Program-made: the position numbers and the translations under genes
From: an uncultured Phycisphaerales bacterium
GTDB taxonomy: Bacteria; Planctomycetota; Phycisphaerae; Tepidisphaerales; Tepidisphaeraceae
Direction: 5' to 3'
NCBI GenBank assembly: GCA_963844715.1
Contig: CAWJPJ010000007.1
Coordinates: 128,001 to 192,000, forward strand
DNA: 64,000 nt
The notes under the pieces: model-generated
Told to the model about the DNA's origin: nothing
Database searches by the model: none
Seen by the model: only the letters and a program-made list of their open reading frames with translations
Part shown: one piece after another, positions 1-9,652 of the stretch
Position numbering within the stretch: position 1 is the first letter of the stretch
Layout: each line of letters opens with the position of its first letter

Positions 1-833
1 ATGTCGAAGAGAGCCTGGAAAATCAGGGTAAGTCGATCGACGACGCGACCATCCGCATCGGAGTGAGGTCGCGGACGGCGGCGAATCTGGCGAGCCAGTG
101 GGATACGGTAACCTGGCTGACCTGCTCGCTGGATCAGAAGCACGAAAGCTGGTCGACGCTTTCGAAAAATCTGGACGCGCGGGGGAAAGTGATCGACGCG
201 ATTGGGCAGGTCGCCACGAGCGACGAGCAGACCAAGGCGGTGGCGCTTCAGCCGCAGGTCGACTCGAGCAGCGGCGCGTTGGGGGGCGGGGACAATCAGG
301 GCGGGCCGCTGGGGCAGGGAAACGTGGACATCGAGAACGTGCGCACGCTGGAGGTGATGACCACGCACGGCCCGGTGCAGCTCAGTCCGATGAAGCAGGA
401 TGTTCCGGCGTTTTATATTCCGCAGGCGATCGATTTTCTGCTTCCGACCCTTCTGCCGCTGGATCGGTCCAAGACGTACATGTTCGCGGTGTTCGTTCCT
501 GACGCGCAAAATCCGGCGGGAGGCGGGACGGTGATGGCGCGGTATTGCGACGTCTTGCCGGTGCAGCAGGTGAGTTTCAACAATCAGACGTTCGATTCGG
601 TGCAGGTTGTGGATCGGGTGGGGCTGGAGGGGGCGCCGACGACGTATTACTTCACGCCGGAGGGGAAGTTCATGGGGAGCCGGTGCGTTTACCAGGATGG
701 GGATGATCAGGTGACGCTGACGGTTTTGCCGGCTGATGCGGACACGTTGGGGCGGTTATGGAACCAGCCCGATTTGACGATTCCGCGGAATTCCGGGCCG
801 AATCCGCCGGCGGCGGACCCCGCAAGCCCGTAG
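1..833 (+). CDS. Hypothetical protein, 5'-truncated by the window
   Basis: The frame is open from nt 3 to TAG at 831-833 and has typical codon usage. No recognisable motif. Confidence 0.7.
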   Translation, partial: VEESLENQGKSIDDATIRIGVRSRTAANLASQWDTVTWLTCSLDQKHESWSTLSKNLDARGKVIDAIGQVATSDEQTKAVALQPQVDSSSGALGGGDNQGGPLGQGNVDIENVRTLEVMTTHGPVQLSPMKQDVPAFYIPQAIDFLLPTLLPLDRSKTYMFAVFVPDAQNPAGGGTVMARYCDVLPVQQVSFNNQTFDSVQVVDRVGLEGAPTTYYFTPEGKFMGSRCVYQDGDDQVTLTVLPADADTLGRLWNQPDLTIPRNSGPNPPAADPASP

Positions 834-882
834 GTTTTTCTCTCCCCGCCCGGCAGCCCGGACCGATAACTACTTGAAGCCG

Positions 883-1584
883 ATGGTGCGCGCCCTTTCC
901 AGAACGATTGTCTTGTTGGTCCTGATCCTGGGCGGATCGGCGGGGCTGCTGTTCTATCACCACCACCTCAGCCAGGAATACCAGATCGAGCAACTCGAGG
1001 CGCAGAAGCAGGAGTTGGAAGACATCATCGGCCGGCTGCAGACCGACCGGCGGGTGGCCAAAATCCTGGTGACGGATCAAAAGACCGTGAACGGGCAATT
1101 GCAGACGACGCTGCTGTTCGAGGAATACCGGCGCGACGGCAGTTCGCTTCCGGCGCGGCAATTTATCATTCCCGGCAATGAAGCCCATATCGACGCGGAG
1201 GTTGTGAAGTTCAAGGATGAGTACGTGAAGGAAGGGGATCCGCTGCGCGGGCAGAGCATTTTGCTTTTTGTGCGGATTTATGGCGCGACGCAGTCGCCGT
1301 CGCAGGGGCAGCCGATCGACACGCCGGGGACGATTCCGGAGATTTATCGAGGTTCGGACCCGCGGGTTTCGGATTTCGAGCAGGGAATCTGGTCGCAATT
1401 CTGGACGCTCTTTAACGACGATCAGGCCCGGGATGCCTTGGGAATCCGCGCTATGCATGGGGAAGGTTTATACGGGCCGTTCGATCGGCAGCATTTGTAC
1501 ACGATCACCGTCCGCCCGGACGGCGCGACGCTTAGCGTCGAGCCGCTCGATCCGATCATTCGCGCTGCGATGGGGGCCGGGTAG
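883..1584 (+). CDS. Membrane-anchored hypothetical protein with N-terminal TM helix and short coiled coil
   Basis: ATG at 883. Hydrophobic IVLLVLILGGSAGLLFY is followed by the coiled-coil-like QIEQLEAQKQELEDII. Confidence 0.75.
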   Translation: MVRALSRTIVLLVLILGGSAGLLFYHHHLSQEYQIEQLEAQKQELEDIIGRLQTDRRVAKILVTDQKTVNGQLQTTLLFEEYRRDGSSLPARQFIIPGNEAHIDAEVVKFKDEYVKEGDPLRGQSILLFVRIYGATQSPSQGQPIDTPGTIPEIYRGSDPRVSDFEQGIWSQFWTLFNDDQARDALGIRAMHGEGLYGPFDRQHLYTITVRPDGATLSVEPLDPIIRAAMGAG

Positions 1585-1594
1585 CCCCTGAGTC

Positions 1595-1603
1595 TGCTAT
1601 AAT
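1595..1603 (+). promoter_or_regulatory. Extended -10 promoter (TGcTATAAT), near-leaderless transcript
   Basis: Perfect TGnTATAAT ending 9 nt before the ATG at 1613. No SD sequence. Confidence 0.6.
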
Positions 1604-1612
1604 GACGTTATC

Positions 1613-2236
1613 ATGTTTGGCGATGGCGCTTCGAGTTTACGAGAGTTTGCGAAGCGCGAACCGTTGCCGCTTGCGGTGATCCACGACGCGGTTCTGGAGT
1701 TCCTGCGCGGCAGGGAGGATGCCGCGCTGTTCGATGCTCAAGCCGTCAACGCATACGTGGACGAGTCGCGAATGACTCAGGATGTGGACATCCTCTCGAC
1801 GCGCGCAGCGGACCTGGCCGAAGAATTGCGACAGCACCTAGCCGACAAATTCCATATTGCCGCGCGTGTTCGTACCGTGGCCCAGGGATTCGGATTTCGA
1901 ATTTACCAGCTTCGCGAACCCAAAAACCGGCACCTCGTCGATGTGCGGCAAGTCTCGGAATTCCCGCCAACGCAAATGGTCATGGACATTCGCGTGCTAA
2001 GTCCCGAAGAATTGATCGCCAAAAAGTTGATCAGTTCAAGTGAACGCGAAGGTCAGCCCAAGGGTGACACGGATCGACGAGATTTGAAGGTGCTTCTATT
2101 GGCTTATCCGCAATTGAAAACCGAATCCGGCCCCGTGATGCAACGGATTGTCGCCAACGGCGGCGACGAAAAAGCGATCGAGGCGTGGCGGCGCATCGTG
2201 GCCTCGGTTATTCGCGACGATTCTGACGAGTATTAA
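1613..2236 (+). CDS. Nucleotidyltransferase-fold protein (AbiEii/AbiGii-like), orphan
   Basis: FxAQAVNAY..R.TQDVD motif and C-terminal LIAKK..K...D..DL, typical of DNA pol beta-like AbiEii-family proteins. Confidence 0.65.
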   Translation: MFGDGASSLREFAKREPLPLAVIHDAVLEFLRGREDAALFDAQAVNAYVDESRMTQDVDILSTRAADLAEELRQHLADKFHIAARVRTVAQGFGFRIYQLREPKNRHLVDVRQVSEFPPTQMVMDIRVLSPEELIAKKLISSSEREGQPKGDTDRRDLKVLLLAYPQLKTESGPVMQRIVANGGDEKAIEAWRRIVASVIRDDSDEY

Positions 2237-2251
2237 GCGGCGCGGGACAAA

Positions 2252-5200
2252 TCAGCGCGAATCCTTCGCTCCATCCCACGTCCAGAGCACGATATTCTTC
2301 ATTAGACTCAGCGCGTAAGACGGTCGATAGCCGGCGATTCCCCAGGCTTCTACACCTAGCAAGCCGCTGGTCATGTCGAGCGGGAGGACGATGACCTGTC
2401 CTTTGCCGGCGCGGAGCATCAAGGGGCGGCCGTTGACGTCGCCGGGGAGGGTGCGGACGAACTCGCGCACGTGCGGGGTGGCGAGGTCTTGCATGCCGTC
2501 GGCGCTGGCGGTCAGGAGGGGATGCGTGGCGTCGATCGGCTCGAGCTGCGAATTGGGGAACGCGCGGACAAGGACATCATCGGTCAGGCTGTGAAGGAAA
2601 TCGCCGGGGGTGCCGCAGGGGTCGATTAATAGCACGCCGCCGTTGGTGACGTATTGCTGAAGGCTTTGTAGCTGGGCGTCCGTCGGCTTGAAGGCGGCGG
2701 TGCCGGTGAGATGGGCCAGGGGCGGATTCGAGGAGGCCAAATCCTCGGCGAATGTCGGCTCCAGGGTCATCCCCAAACTCGTCTGCTGCTGAAACCACGC
2801 GGCGGTGCGCGGCCAGGCGGCGGGCTCGGGGTCCCAGTTGCCGTCATAACGAACGCGGGCCACGCGGATCGACGCCGCGGGCGATTGTCCGGACTGCGCG
2901 GCGGCGACCTGCCGCCCCTCGAGGCGGTTGCGCAGCTCGCTCTTTCCCGCGGCGTAGAGGACGATGTTCACGCCCAGTTGGAGGGAATTCAGGGAATCCG
3001 GCTCGGCGCGATTCTGCCAGAGGTGGCTGATGTCCTGCGGGAAATGCATCATCAGGATGCGCGAGCCGTTGGTGATCACCTGGATGCGCGGGTGATCGGT
3101 GATTTTGTAGGACACGGTCCAGAGCGGATCGTCGGCGGGGAGGTCGGTCCAGGCATATTGCGGGAAAAGACGCTGGCCGAGGTCCATAACGAAATCGGTG
3201 AAATCCTGGCTGTCGCCGTCGGCCTGGGTGAGGAGCATTCCGCCGTTGAGAATGTATTGCTGAATTTTGTTGCGGTCGTCGTCGGTCAAAGCGACCGGGC
3301 GGTGGCTGGCCATGTATAGAATCGGGCTGTCGGTCCAATCGTGCCAATCGTGATTGAGCGGGACGACCTGCCAGTTGAGCGGGCGCTCGAGTTCGGCGCT
3401 GGCAAAGCGAGCCAGGTCGGCCGCATCGCGCGGGCGATTGGCCCAGTCGCCGTCGAAGCGCAGTTTGTTCAGAATCAGCGGATGGCGCCCGCGGGACAGG
3501 AATAGCACGGCGAAAGAGGTATCGACGACGGGGCCGTAAGTCGCGGACCAGGAGCCGTCGGAATTTTGCTGGGCGATGAGGTCGGCGGCGCGCTCGCGAT
3601 ACCAATCGTGCGTGCCGAAATATTTGAATCCGGATGCCAGACCCGCGCGCTCCAGGCCGTACATGGTGTAGAGCCAATCCTCTTCGCCATCGTGGGTGAC
3701 GACGCTGTTGTCGCCGGATTCGAGCCAGTCGAGCGCCTTGGCCAGGGCAGGGGAAAACGGCGGGCGACCGACGCGGTCACCCCAATCCTCGGCGTCGAGA
3801 TAATCCTGTGTAACGAACAGGGACGCTATGCCGGCCAGGGTCATCGAGCGGCGCGGGCTCGCCTTGTCGCCGGTGTAGGGCCACTGGCCGTCGGGAAGCT
3901 GGCAGTCCGTCCAGTGTTGCTGCACCTCGCGCCAGAAATGATCGGGCACGGACATGCCGGTCTCCGCCGCCGACCAGACGCCGAGCAGGCCGTATTGCGA
4001 ATTGGAATTGTCCCAAAAAAATAAATCGCCGTTGCGGGGGAACTGGTCGTTGTAGGTGAACGCCCCGCCCCGCTGGGCGTGAAGAAGCCATTCGACGTCC
4101 TGCTGGATGGCGCGGCGGTCTTCGCGGCGGTTGTAGAGGGAGAGGGCCGTGGAGCGAATCGAGCGGGCATAGGTTTGCTTGGCGTCGGTCATCTCCAATT
4201 GCTTCATCGATTCGATCAAGCCGGTCATGAGTTTGCCATGGTCGTCGAGGCGCGTGTCATCGGTGGCCAGGCCGCTTTGCATGAGGGCATAGACGGCCAG
4301 GCTGTCGAGCCCGTCGTGATAGTCGTCGGTTTCGGAGGTTTTGCGGATTAGTGTGCCGTCGAACTGGGTGAGGAGAAAATCGACACCGTGAGTGATGGAC
4401 GCGCCGATCTGCTGGTCGGTGAGGCCGGTGATCTGCATGGGCGTGGCGCGGGCGGGCGGGCGCGGTTTGCCGGGCGGGGCAGCGGCAATCGCCGGCTCGG
4501 TCGTGGGCGCAAGGACGGAAGGGGAGGTCGTCGGCTCCGGCGGAGCCGCCGGGGCGACGGGTTCGGTGGCGGCGGGTTGGGTTTCTGGAATGACTTCGCC
4601 GCTGGTGAGTTGCTTGTAGAGGCGGTCTTTGTCTTGAAGCGCCTGCTGCATCTCGGCCTGCAGGGTCGGATCGACGATGACGTGGTCGCCGAGTTTCAAT
4701 TCCAGTTCGTCATATTTTTCGACGGCGTCGCGCGGGCGGCCCTGCATCGCCAAATCCTCGGCCTGCTGCTTGAGTTGAAGGAGGTCGTTTCGATTCGCTT
4801 GTTCCCAATCGGAGACGCCCTGGGCCTGCGAGAGGTAGTAGATCAGACCGCCAATGAGCGCGACGGCGGCGACGAGCGCCGCGCCGAGCAGCAGCGGCAT
4901 GGGGAGCGATTTTTGTGGCGGCGGTTTTCTTAAGGCGGGCGCCGTTTGCGGCGCGAACCAGGGAGCTTCTTCATGTCGTGGGGGCGGAGTAATCGGCGAT
5001 AGTGGCGGCGGCGCCCACACGGGGGGCGTGGCCGGCGGGGGGGCGGGTTCGTTCGGCTGGGTCCACTGGACGAGGTCCGACTCTTCCATATCGACGTGCG
5101 ACTCCCCCGCCGCCGCGGCCGCCTGGTGGGTGAGGAGCGATTCCTCGACTTCGGTTGGAACGCGATCGTCGGGGGTTTTGGTCTCGGGCGGCGCGTCGGG

Positions 5201-5320
5201 AAGATCGGCATGGAGAAGGATCGGCGAGCCGCAGGCGGGGCAGATGCTCTGGGTGCCGGCAAGCTTGTCGCTGTAGGAAAGAATTTTCCCGCAACTGGGA
5301 CACTTGGTGGTGAAGAGCAT
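2252..5320 (-). CDS. DUF4159-domain protein (Zn ribbon, Pro-rich linker, TM helix, prenyltransferase-like barrel, two DUF4159 domains)
   Basis: CPSCG/CPACG pairs; TM LLLGAALVAAVALIGGLIYY; DNSNSQYGLLG and QNSDGSW; two YxxNGGxLxxD and GxNI motifs. Confidence 0.75.
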   Translation of the reverse strand: MLFTTKCPSCGKILSYSDKLAGTQSICPACGSPILLHADLPDAPPETKTPDDRVPTEVEESLLTHQAAAAAGESHVDMEESDLVQWTQPNEPAPPPATPPVWAPPPLSPITPPPRHEEAPWFAPQTAPALRKPPPQKSLPMPLLLGAALVAAVALIGGLIYYLSQAQGVSDWEQANRNDLLQLKQQAEDLAMQGRPRDAVEKYDELELKLGDHVIVDPTLQAEMQQALQDKDRLYKQLTSGEVIPETQPAATEPVAPAAPPEPTTSPSVLAPTTEPAIAAAPPGKPRPPARATPMQITGLTDQQIGASITHGVDFLLTQFDGTLIRKTSETDDYHDGLDSLAVYALMQSGLATDDTRLDDHGKLMTGLIESMKQLEMTDAKQTYARSIRSTALSLYNRREDRRAIQQDVEWLLHAQRGGAFTYNDQFPRNGDLFFWDNSNSQYGLLGVWSAAETGMSVPDHFWREVQQHWTDCQLPDGQWPYTGDKASPRRSMTLAGIASLFVTQDYLDAEDWGDRVGRPPFSPALAKALDWLESGDNSVVTHDGEEDWLYTMYGLERAGLASGFKYFGTHDWYRERAADLIAQQNSDGSWSATYGPVVDTSFAVLFLSRGRHPLILNKLRFDGDWANRPRDAADLARFASAELERPLNWQVVPLNHDWHDWTDSPILYMASHRPVALTDDDRNKIQQYILNGGMLLTQADGDSQDFTDFVMDLGQRLFPQYAWTDLPADDPLWTVSYKITDHPRIQVITNGSRILMMHFPQDISHLWQNRAEPDSLNSLQLGVNIVLYAAGKSELRNRLEGRQVAAAQSGQSPAASIRVARVRYDGNWDPEPAAWPRTAAWFQQQTSLGMTLEPTFAEDLASSNPPLAHLTGTAAFKPTDAQLQSLQQYVTNGGVLLIDPCGTPGDFLHSLTDDVLVRAFPNSQLEPIDATHPLLTASADGMQDLATPHVREFVRTLPGDVNGRPLMLRAGKGQVIVLPLDMTSGLLGVEAWGIAGYRPSYALSLMKNIVLWTWDGAKDSR

Positions 5321-5379
5321 CGGTTAGGAATTGTACGTTGTGGCCATGAACGGCGACAAAATTGTGGGGAAGGCACGAT

Positions 5380-7383
5380 TTATTCGGACCCAGTATCGGG
5401 CCGGACAACCACGCCGCACGCCGGGAGGGCATCCAGGAACAATCGGCCGTACCGCTTGGTTTTGATGCGGCTGTCGAGGATGACGACGATGCCGGTGTCG
5501 GTTTTGCAGCGGATGAGGCGTCCGAACCCCTGCTTGAGGCGCATGATCGCCTCAGGGACGGAATATTGCATGAAGGCGTTGCCGCCGGCGCGGGTGATGG
5601 CTTCGAGGCGCGCCTGCACGAGGGGCTCATCGGGAACGGAGAAGGGGAGCTTGACGATGATGACGTTGCGGAGCGCTTCGCCGCGCACGTCGATCCCCTG
5701 CCAGAAACTGGAGGTGCCAAAGAGGGCGGCATTGGGGGTATTGCGGAATTGCTCGAGGAGCATTTTCCGGCTCACGCCGCGGCCTTGGACGAGCAGGGGG
5801 ATTCCCGATTCCTCAAGCGGCCCGCGAAGGCGCTGGGCAGATTCGGCGAGGGACTGATAGCTGGTGAAGAGGACGAACGCCCCGCCACTGGTTTGCCTTA
5901 CGTATTGCAGGATTTTTTCACACGCGGCGGAGAGAAAATGGCGCTCGTCGCTGGGCTGGGGAAGGTCTGACTCGATGTAGAGCGTGGCTTGCTTGGCGTA
6001 ATCGAATGGGGACCCGAGGGCGAGGGTGCGGGCGCCGTCGCAGCCGAGGCGGGAAATAATGTAAGAGAACGCCGGGTCATTTCCCTCGCCATTCTTTTCC
6101 GACGCGTGACCCGTGCAGAGGGTCGCCGAGCAGAGGGTTACGCTGCGGATTTTCTGGAAGAGATGGGTTCGCAGTCCGGCGGCGACATTGACGGGGGCGG
6201 CGCGAAGCGAGACGTTTCGCCGTGATTTTGACCCCATTTCCATCCAATAGACCGCATCCGGCATTTTCTGCTGAACGATGGCGTCCAGTTCGTCAGCCAA
6301 GAGCGCGGTCTTTTCGGCCATGGCGTTTAACTCAGAAATTTCCTCGGGTTCCTCGACTGAGGCGAGGACCGTCTTGATATGCAGGGAAAGCTGCCGGAGC
6401 TTCGGGGAGACATCATTTTGCACGGCGGCGGGTTCGTGGATGCGTCCGTTGGAGCGGCCGGACGTCTGTTGCCAGTCGATCCAGCGCTCGAAATAGTCTT
6501 CCGTGACGGATTGGAGGTCGACAATATCACCGATGGCGTCATTTGCGGCGGAGCCATGGGTGCTAAGCAGGCCTTTGCCTCGCTTGGTGTCATAGAGAAC
6601 GCGAAGTTGATGTTTCAAAGTGTTTTCGGAGACGCCCAGGCCGAAATGTTCGGCCGCGACGTCTTCGACGGTGTGGGCTTCGTCGAGAATCACCAAGTCG
6701 TACTTGGGCAGATAGTTCACGCCGGAGATGCGCAGGGCCAAGTCTGAGAAAAACAGGGCGTGGTTGACGATGAGCAGGTCGCCGGTTTGCATGCGGCGTT
6801 TTGCGGCCTGCCAGAAGCAGCGGTCGTAAAAATTGCAGCGTTTGCCGAGGCAGTTTCCGTGCTCGGCGCAGACGCGCTCCCAGACGCCCGGCTGCGGGGC
6901 CTGGGGGAGATCGGCCAGGGAGCCGTCGCCGGTGCGCTGGGCCCAGGCGTGAATATCGCGCAGCGATTGGAGTTGCTCCGGCTGATCGAAAAGCATCCCC
7001 TGCCGCCCGCGCGCCTGCTCGAGGCGGCGCTGGCAGAGATAGTTGCTGCGGCCTTTGACCAGGACCGCGGAAAATTCCTGGGGATAGACGGATTGAATCA
7101 GCGGAATGTCTTTCTCGACGAGTTGCTCCTGGAGCGAAATGGTGTGAGTCGAGACGATCACGCGCTTTTTCTTCCGGACGGCGTAATCGATGGCGGGGAG
7201 AAGGTAGGCAAAAGATTTTCCGACACCGGTTCCGGCTTCGACAAGAACATGGCGCTCCTGCTCGATGGCGCGCTCGACGGCCGCCGCCATTTCGAGTTGC
7301 TGGGGGCGGAATTCGTAGAGTTCCCCCATGCGCCGGGCGATGGCGCCGCCGGGGGCGAGGATGGATTGTTGTTCATCAGGCAT
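5380..7383 (-). CDS. dinG: DinG/YoaA-family ATP-dependent DNA helicase
   Basis: RPQQLEM Q-motif, EAGTGVGKS, KGRSNYLC, Fe-S cysteines, DEAH and QGFGRLIR. Start set at MPDEQQ (7383). Confidence 0.9.
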   Translation of the reverse strand: MPDEQQSILAPGGAIARRMGELYEFRPQQLEMAAAVERAIEQERHVLVEAGTGVGKSFAYLLPAIDYAVRKKKRVIVSTHTISLQEQLVEKDIPLIQSVYPQEFSAVLVKGRSNYLCQRRLEQARGRQGMLFDQPEQLQSLRDIHAWAQRTGDGSLADLPQAPQPGVWERVCAEHGNCLGKRCNFYDRCFWQAAKRRMQTGDLLIVNHALFFSDLALRISGVNYLPKYDLVILDEAHTVEDVAAEHFGLGVSENTLKHQLRVLYDTKRGKGLLSTHGSAANDAIGDIVDLQSVTEDYFERWIDWQQTSGRSNGRIHEPAAVQNDVSPKLRQLSLHIKTVLASVEEPEEISELNAMAEKTALLADELDAIVQQKMPDAVYWMEMGSKSRRNVSLRAAPVNVAAGLRTHLFQKIRSVTLCSATLCTGHASEKNGEGNDPAFSYIISRLGCDGARTLALGSPFDYAKQATLYIESDLPQPSDERHFLSAACEKILQYVRQTSGGAFVLFTSYQSLAESAQRLRGPLEESGIPLLVQGRGVSRKMLLEQFRNTPNAALFGTSSFWQGIDVRGEALRNVIIVKLPFSVPDEPLVQARLEAITRAGGNAFMQYSVPEAIMRLKQGFGRLIRCKTDTGIVVILDSRIKTKRYGRLFLDALPACGVVVRPDTGSE

Positions 7384-7773
7384 TTTCGAACGCTTCACGT
7401 TCCAGGAAGTTATCTTCGTATGGGCGCTTGCCTCGCACCAGAGCCCAGGTCGACGCGAGCAGATAAAGCGGGAGAAAGATCGGTCCCCAGCGTTCGCATT
7501 GGCGGACATGGATGCGCTCGTGGGAGCGGGTTGTTTCCAGGAGCCATTCGTCGCGCGCCAAGACGATGTGCCCGAAGGTGATGGCCGAGGCGCCGCCGCG
7601 GAGGGTGATACCGACGATCCGGCGCAGAAAAATCGCGCGGCGGGCCCATGGACTTCCAGAACGCCTTGGACACAATGCGCTTCGCCGCCGGAAATGAGCG
7701 TGAGGATGGCGAGCGGCAGACCGACGGCGGTGTTCGGCGAAGCCCAGATATATGCCAGCCAGCGCGAATTCAT
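7376..7773 (-). CDS. Small HExxH-motif conserved hypothetical protein (one indel near 7630)
   Basis: YIWASPNTAVGL joins AITFGHIVL..HERIHVRQCERWGP..Y.DNFLEREA across an A5 run at 7628-7632. Confidence 0.7.
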
Positions 7774-7779
7774 CAGGTC

Positions 7780-8075
7780 ATTATGGACAAGCGGTGGAGA
7801 AGTTGCCTTTAACGGAGGATAAACTGTACGCGGGCGGACGCTCTTGCGACAACGTCGCGTCGATGAGGGCATGGGTCTCCACAGAGCACTTTTTTCCGAG
7901 TCAGTTCGCTGACCACTCACTCACATATTATCCACACCCAAGGTCCCATAAGAAACGTCGCATATTTATATCCTATAGCGATTTACGCGCCGGCGCAGTA
8001 AGTTATCCCCAAAATTGGCCGCGTTACTTCTATGACTACTATCCTTTAATATTTCCATATAAGAGAGATAGCGTT
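7780..8075. promoter_or_regulatory. Candidate chromosomal replication origin (oriC): DnaA boxes, DnaA-trios and AT-rich unwinding region
   Basis: TTATCCACA at 7928-7936, TTATCCCCA at 8003-8011 and several 2-mismatch boxes. Then GGCCGCG, the trio run TTACTTCTATGACTACTA at 8024-8041 and an AT-rich tract. Lies directly upstream of dnaN. Confidence 0.75.
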
Positions 8076-8119
8076 AGACTCCCGAGCGGCCAAATGGGGG
8101 TCGGCAAGGAAGGGCCAAA

Positions 8120-9223
8120 ATGAAAGTTATCTGCAATCGCGGAGCGTTGTCCGATGCGTTGAGTCTGTGCGGCACGATTGTCGCGGCTCGAACGCCGAAA
8201 CCCATTCTGCAATGCGTGAAACTGGCGGCCGAAGAAAATGCGCTGACCATTTCCGCAACCGATCTGGAAGTGGCGATCCGATATCGCGACGAACAAGTGC
8301 AGGTCGAGCAAGCCGGACAAGCCGTCGTTCCGGCGGACAAGCTGCGCGACATCGTTCGCGAGAGCATCGATGACACACTTTCGATCGAAGTCTCGGGCGA
8401 CACAGCGGACATTCGCGGACAGGATTCGCATTTCAAAATCTACACTCAGAAGGCGTCAGAATTTCCGCAGGTGCCGGATTTTTCGGGCGAAGAGCAGATC
8501 ACGATTCCGGCCGGGGCGCTCAGGCAACTCGTCAATCAGACGCTCTTTGCCGCGGCGCGGGAAAGCACGCGGTACGCTTTCAACGGCGTGTTGACCGTGG
8601 CCAAGGGAAAGAAAATCTCGCTCATCTCGACGGACGGACGACGGCTGGCGATGGCCAAGGCGGATCTGGCAACCGACAAGCTCGACAAGGAAGGCCGAAA
8701 GGCAATCGTGCCGGCCAAGGCGCTGGCGGCGATCGACAAGGTTCTGGACGATCCGGCCGAAAGCGTCGGCATCCAGTTCGGCGAGAACCAGATTATTTTC
8801 CATACCTCGACGGCGACATTGACGAGCAATCTCGTCGAAGGGCAATTTCCGCCCTATGAGGATGTGATCCCCAAGGAGTCGGATCGGAAGATGACGGCTT
8901 CCACGGCGGATTTCCTCTCCGCGGTGCGCCGAGCGGCGCTTTTGACGACCGAGGAGAGCAAAGGCGTGCGATTGGCGTTCAGCAAGAAGGGACTGGTGCT
9001 GACCAGCCGCTCGCCCGGCAGCGGCGAGGCGACGATTAATTTCCCGTGCAAGTTCGAGGGCGCGGATATTGAGATCGGGTTCAATCCGCAGTTTGTGGCC
9101 GAGGCGCTCAAGGTTGTGAACAGCGACGAGATCAGCCTGGAGCTGACCGCTCCGAACCGCCCCGGGCTGCTGCGCGGGGGGCCGAATTTTCTGTACGTGA
9201 TCATGCCGGTCAATTTGCAGTAG
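8120..9223 (+). CDS. dnaN: DNA polymerase III beta sliding clamp
   Basis: 367 aa with SATDLE, STDGRRLA, G.FPPYEDVIP, IGFNP and YVIMPV. SD-like GGAAGG upstream. Confidence 0.97.
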   Translation: MKVICNRGALSDALSLCGTIVAARTPKPILQCVKLAAEENALTISATDLEVAIRYRDEQVQVEQAGQAVVPADKLRDIVRESIDDTLSIEVSGDTADIRGQDSHFKIYTQKASEFPQVPDFSGEEQITIPAGALRQLVNQTLFAAARESTRYAFNGVLTVAKGKKISLISTDGRRLAMAKADLATDKLDKEGRKAIVPAKALAAIDKVLDDPAESVGIQFGENQIIFHTSTATLTSNLVEGQFPPYEDVIPKESDRKMTASTADFLSAVRRAALLTTEESKGVRLAFSKKGLVLTSRSPGSGEATINFPCKFEGADIEIGFNPQFVAEALKVVNSDEISLELTAPNRPGLLRGGPNFLYVIMPVNLQ

Positions 9224-9245
9224 GCATTGCCAGGGAAGGCGCGCA

Positions 9246-9652
9246 TGTCGGGTCGATCGTTTACCGCTATTCGGGAATTGCGCCGGTTGACGCACGCGAA
9301 GAGCGTGCCGCCGGCGGCCCCCCAGGCGCTGGGCGAGCAGATGGTGGAGTTCTTCCGCAAATCGGTATCCAAAAGGCAGACGAAACTAGTGAAACTTGCC
9401 GAGGCGTGGGCGAATCTGGTGCCGGAAACGCTCAGCGATCATTGCGCGCTCGAGGGTTTTAGTCGGGGGACATTGACGGTTATGGTCGACAACTCCTCGC
9501 ACTTGTATGAGCTGAAGCAGGTTTTGCTTGCGGGGCTGGAGGAGCAGTTGCTGATTGCCTGCCGGGGGGCGGGATTGCAGAAGATTGCGCTGAAGCCGGG
9601 GAGATGGTACGACGGGGCGAGTCAGGCGGATGGGCGATTGCGATTCAGCTAG
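9246..9652 (+). CDS. dciA: DUF721/DciA family protein (replicative helicase loader)
   Basis: Follows dnaN. AW..LV....H......GTL.V.V.NS...EL pattern of DUF721. Confidence 0.75.

Noticed and set aside
7384..7920. N-terminal extension of DinG in the 846-aa ORF
   Set aside because: An artefact of the indel in the upstream HExxH gene. The extension also runs over the DnaA-box region.
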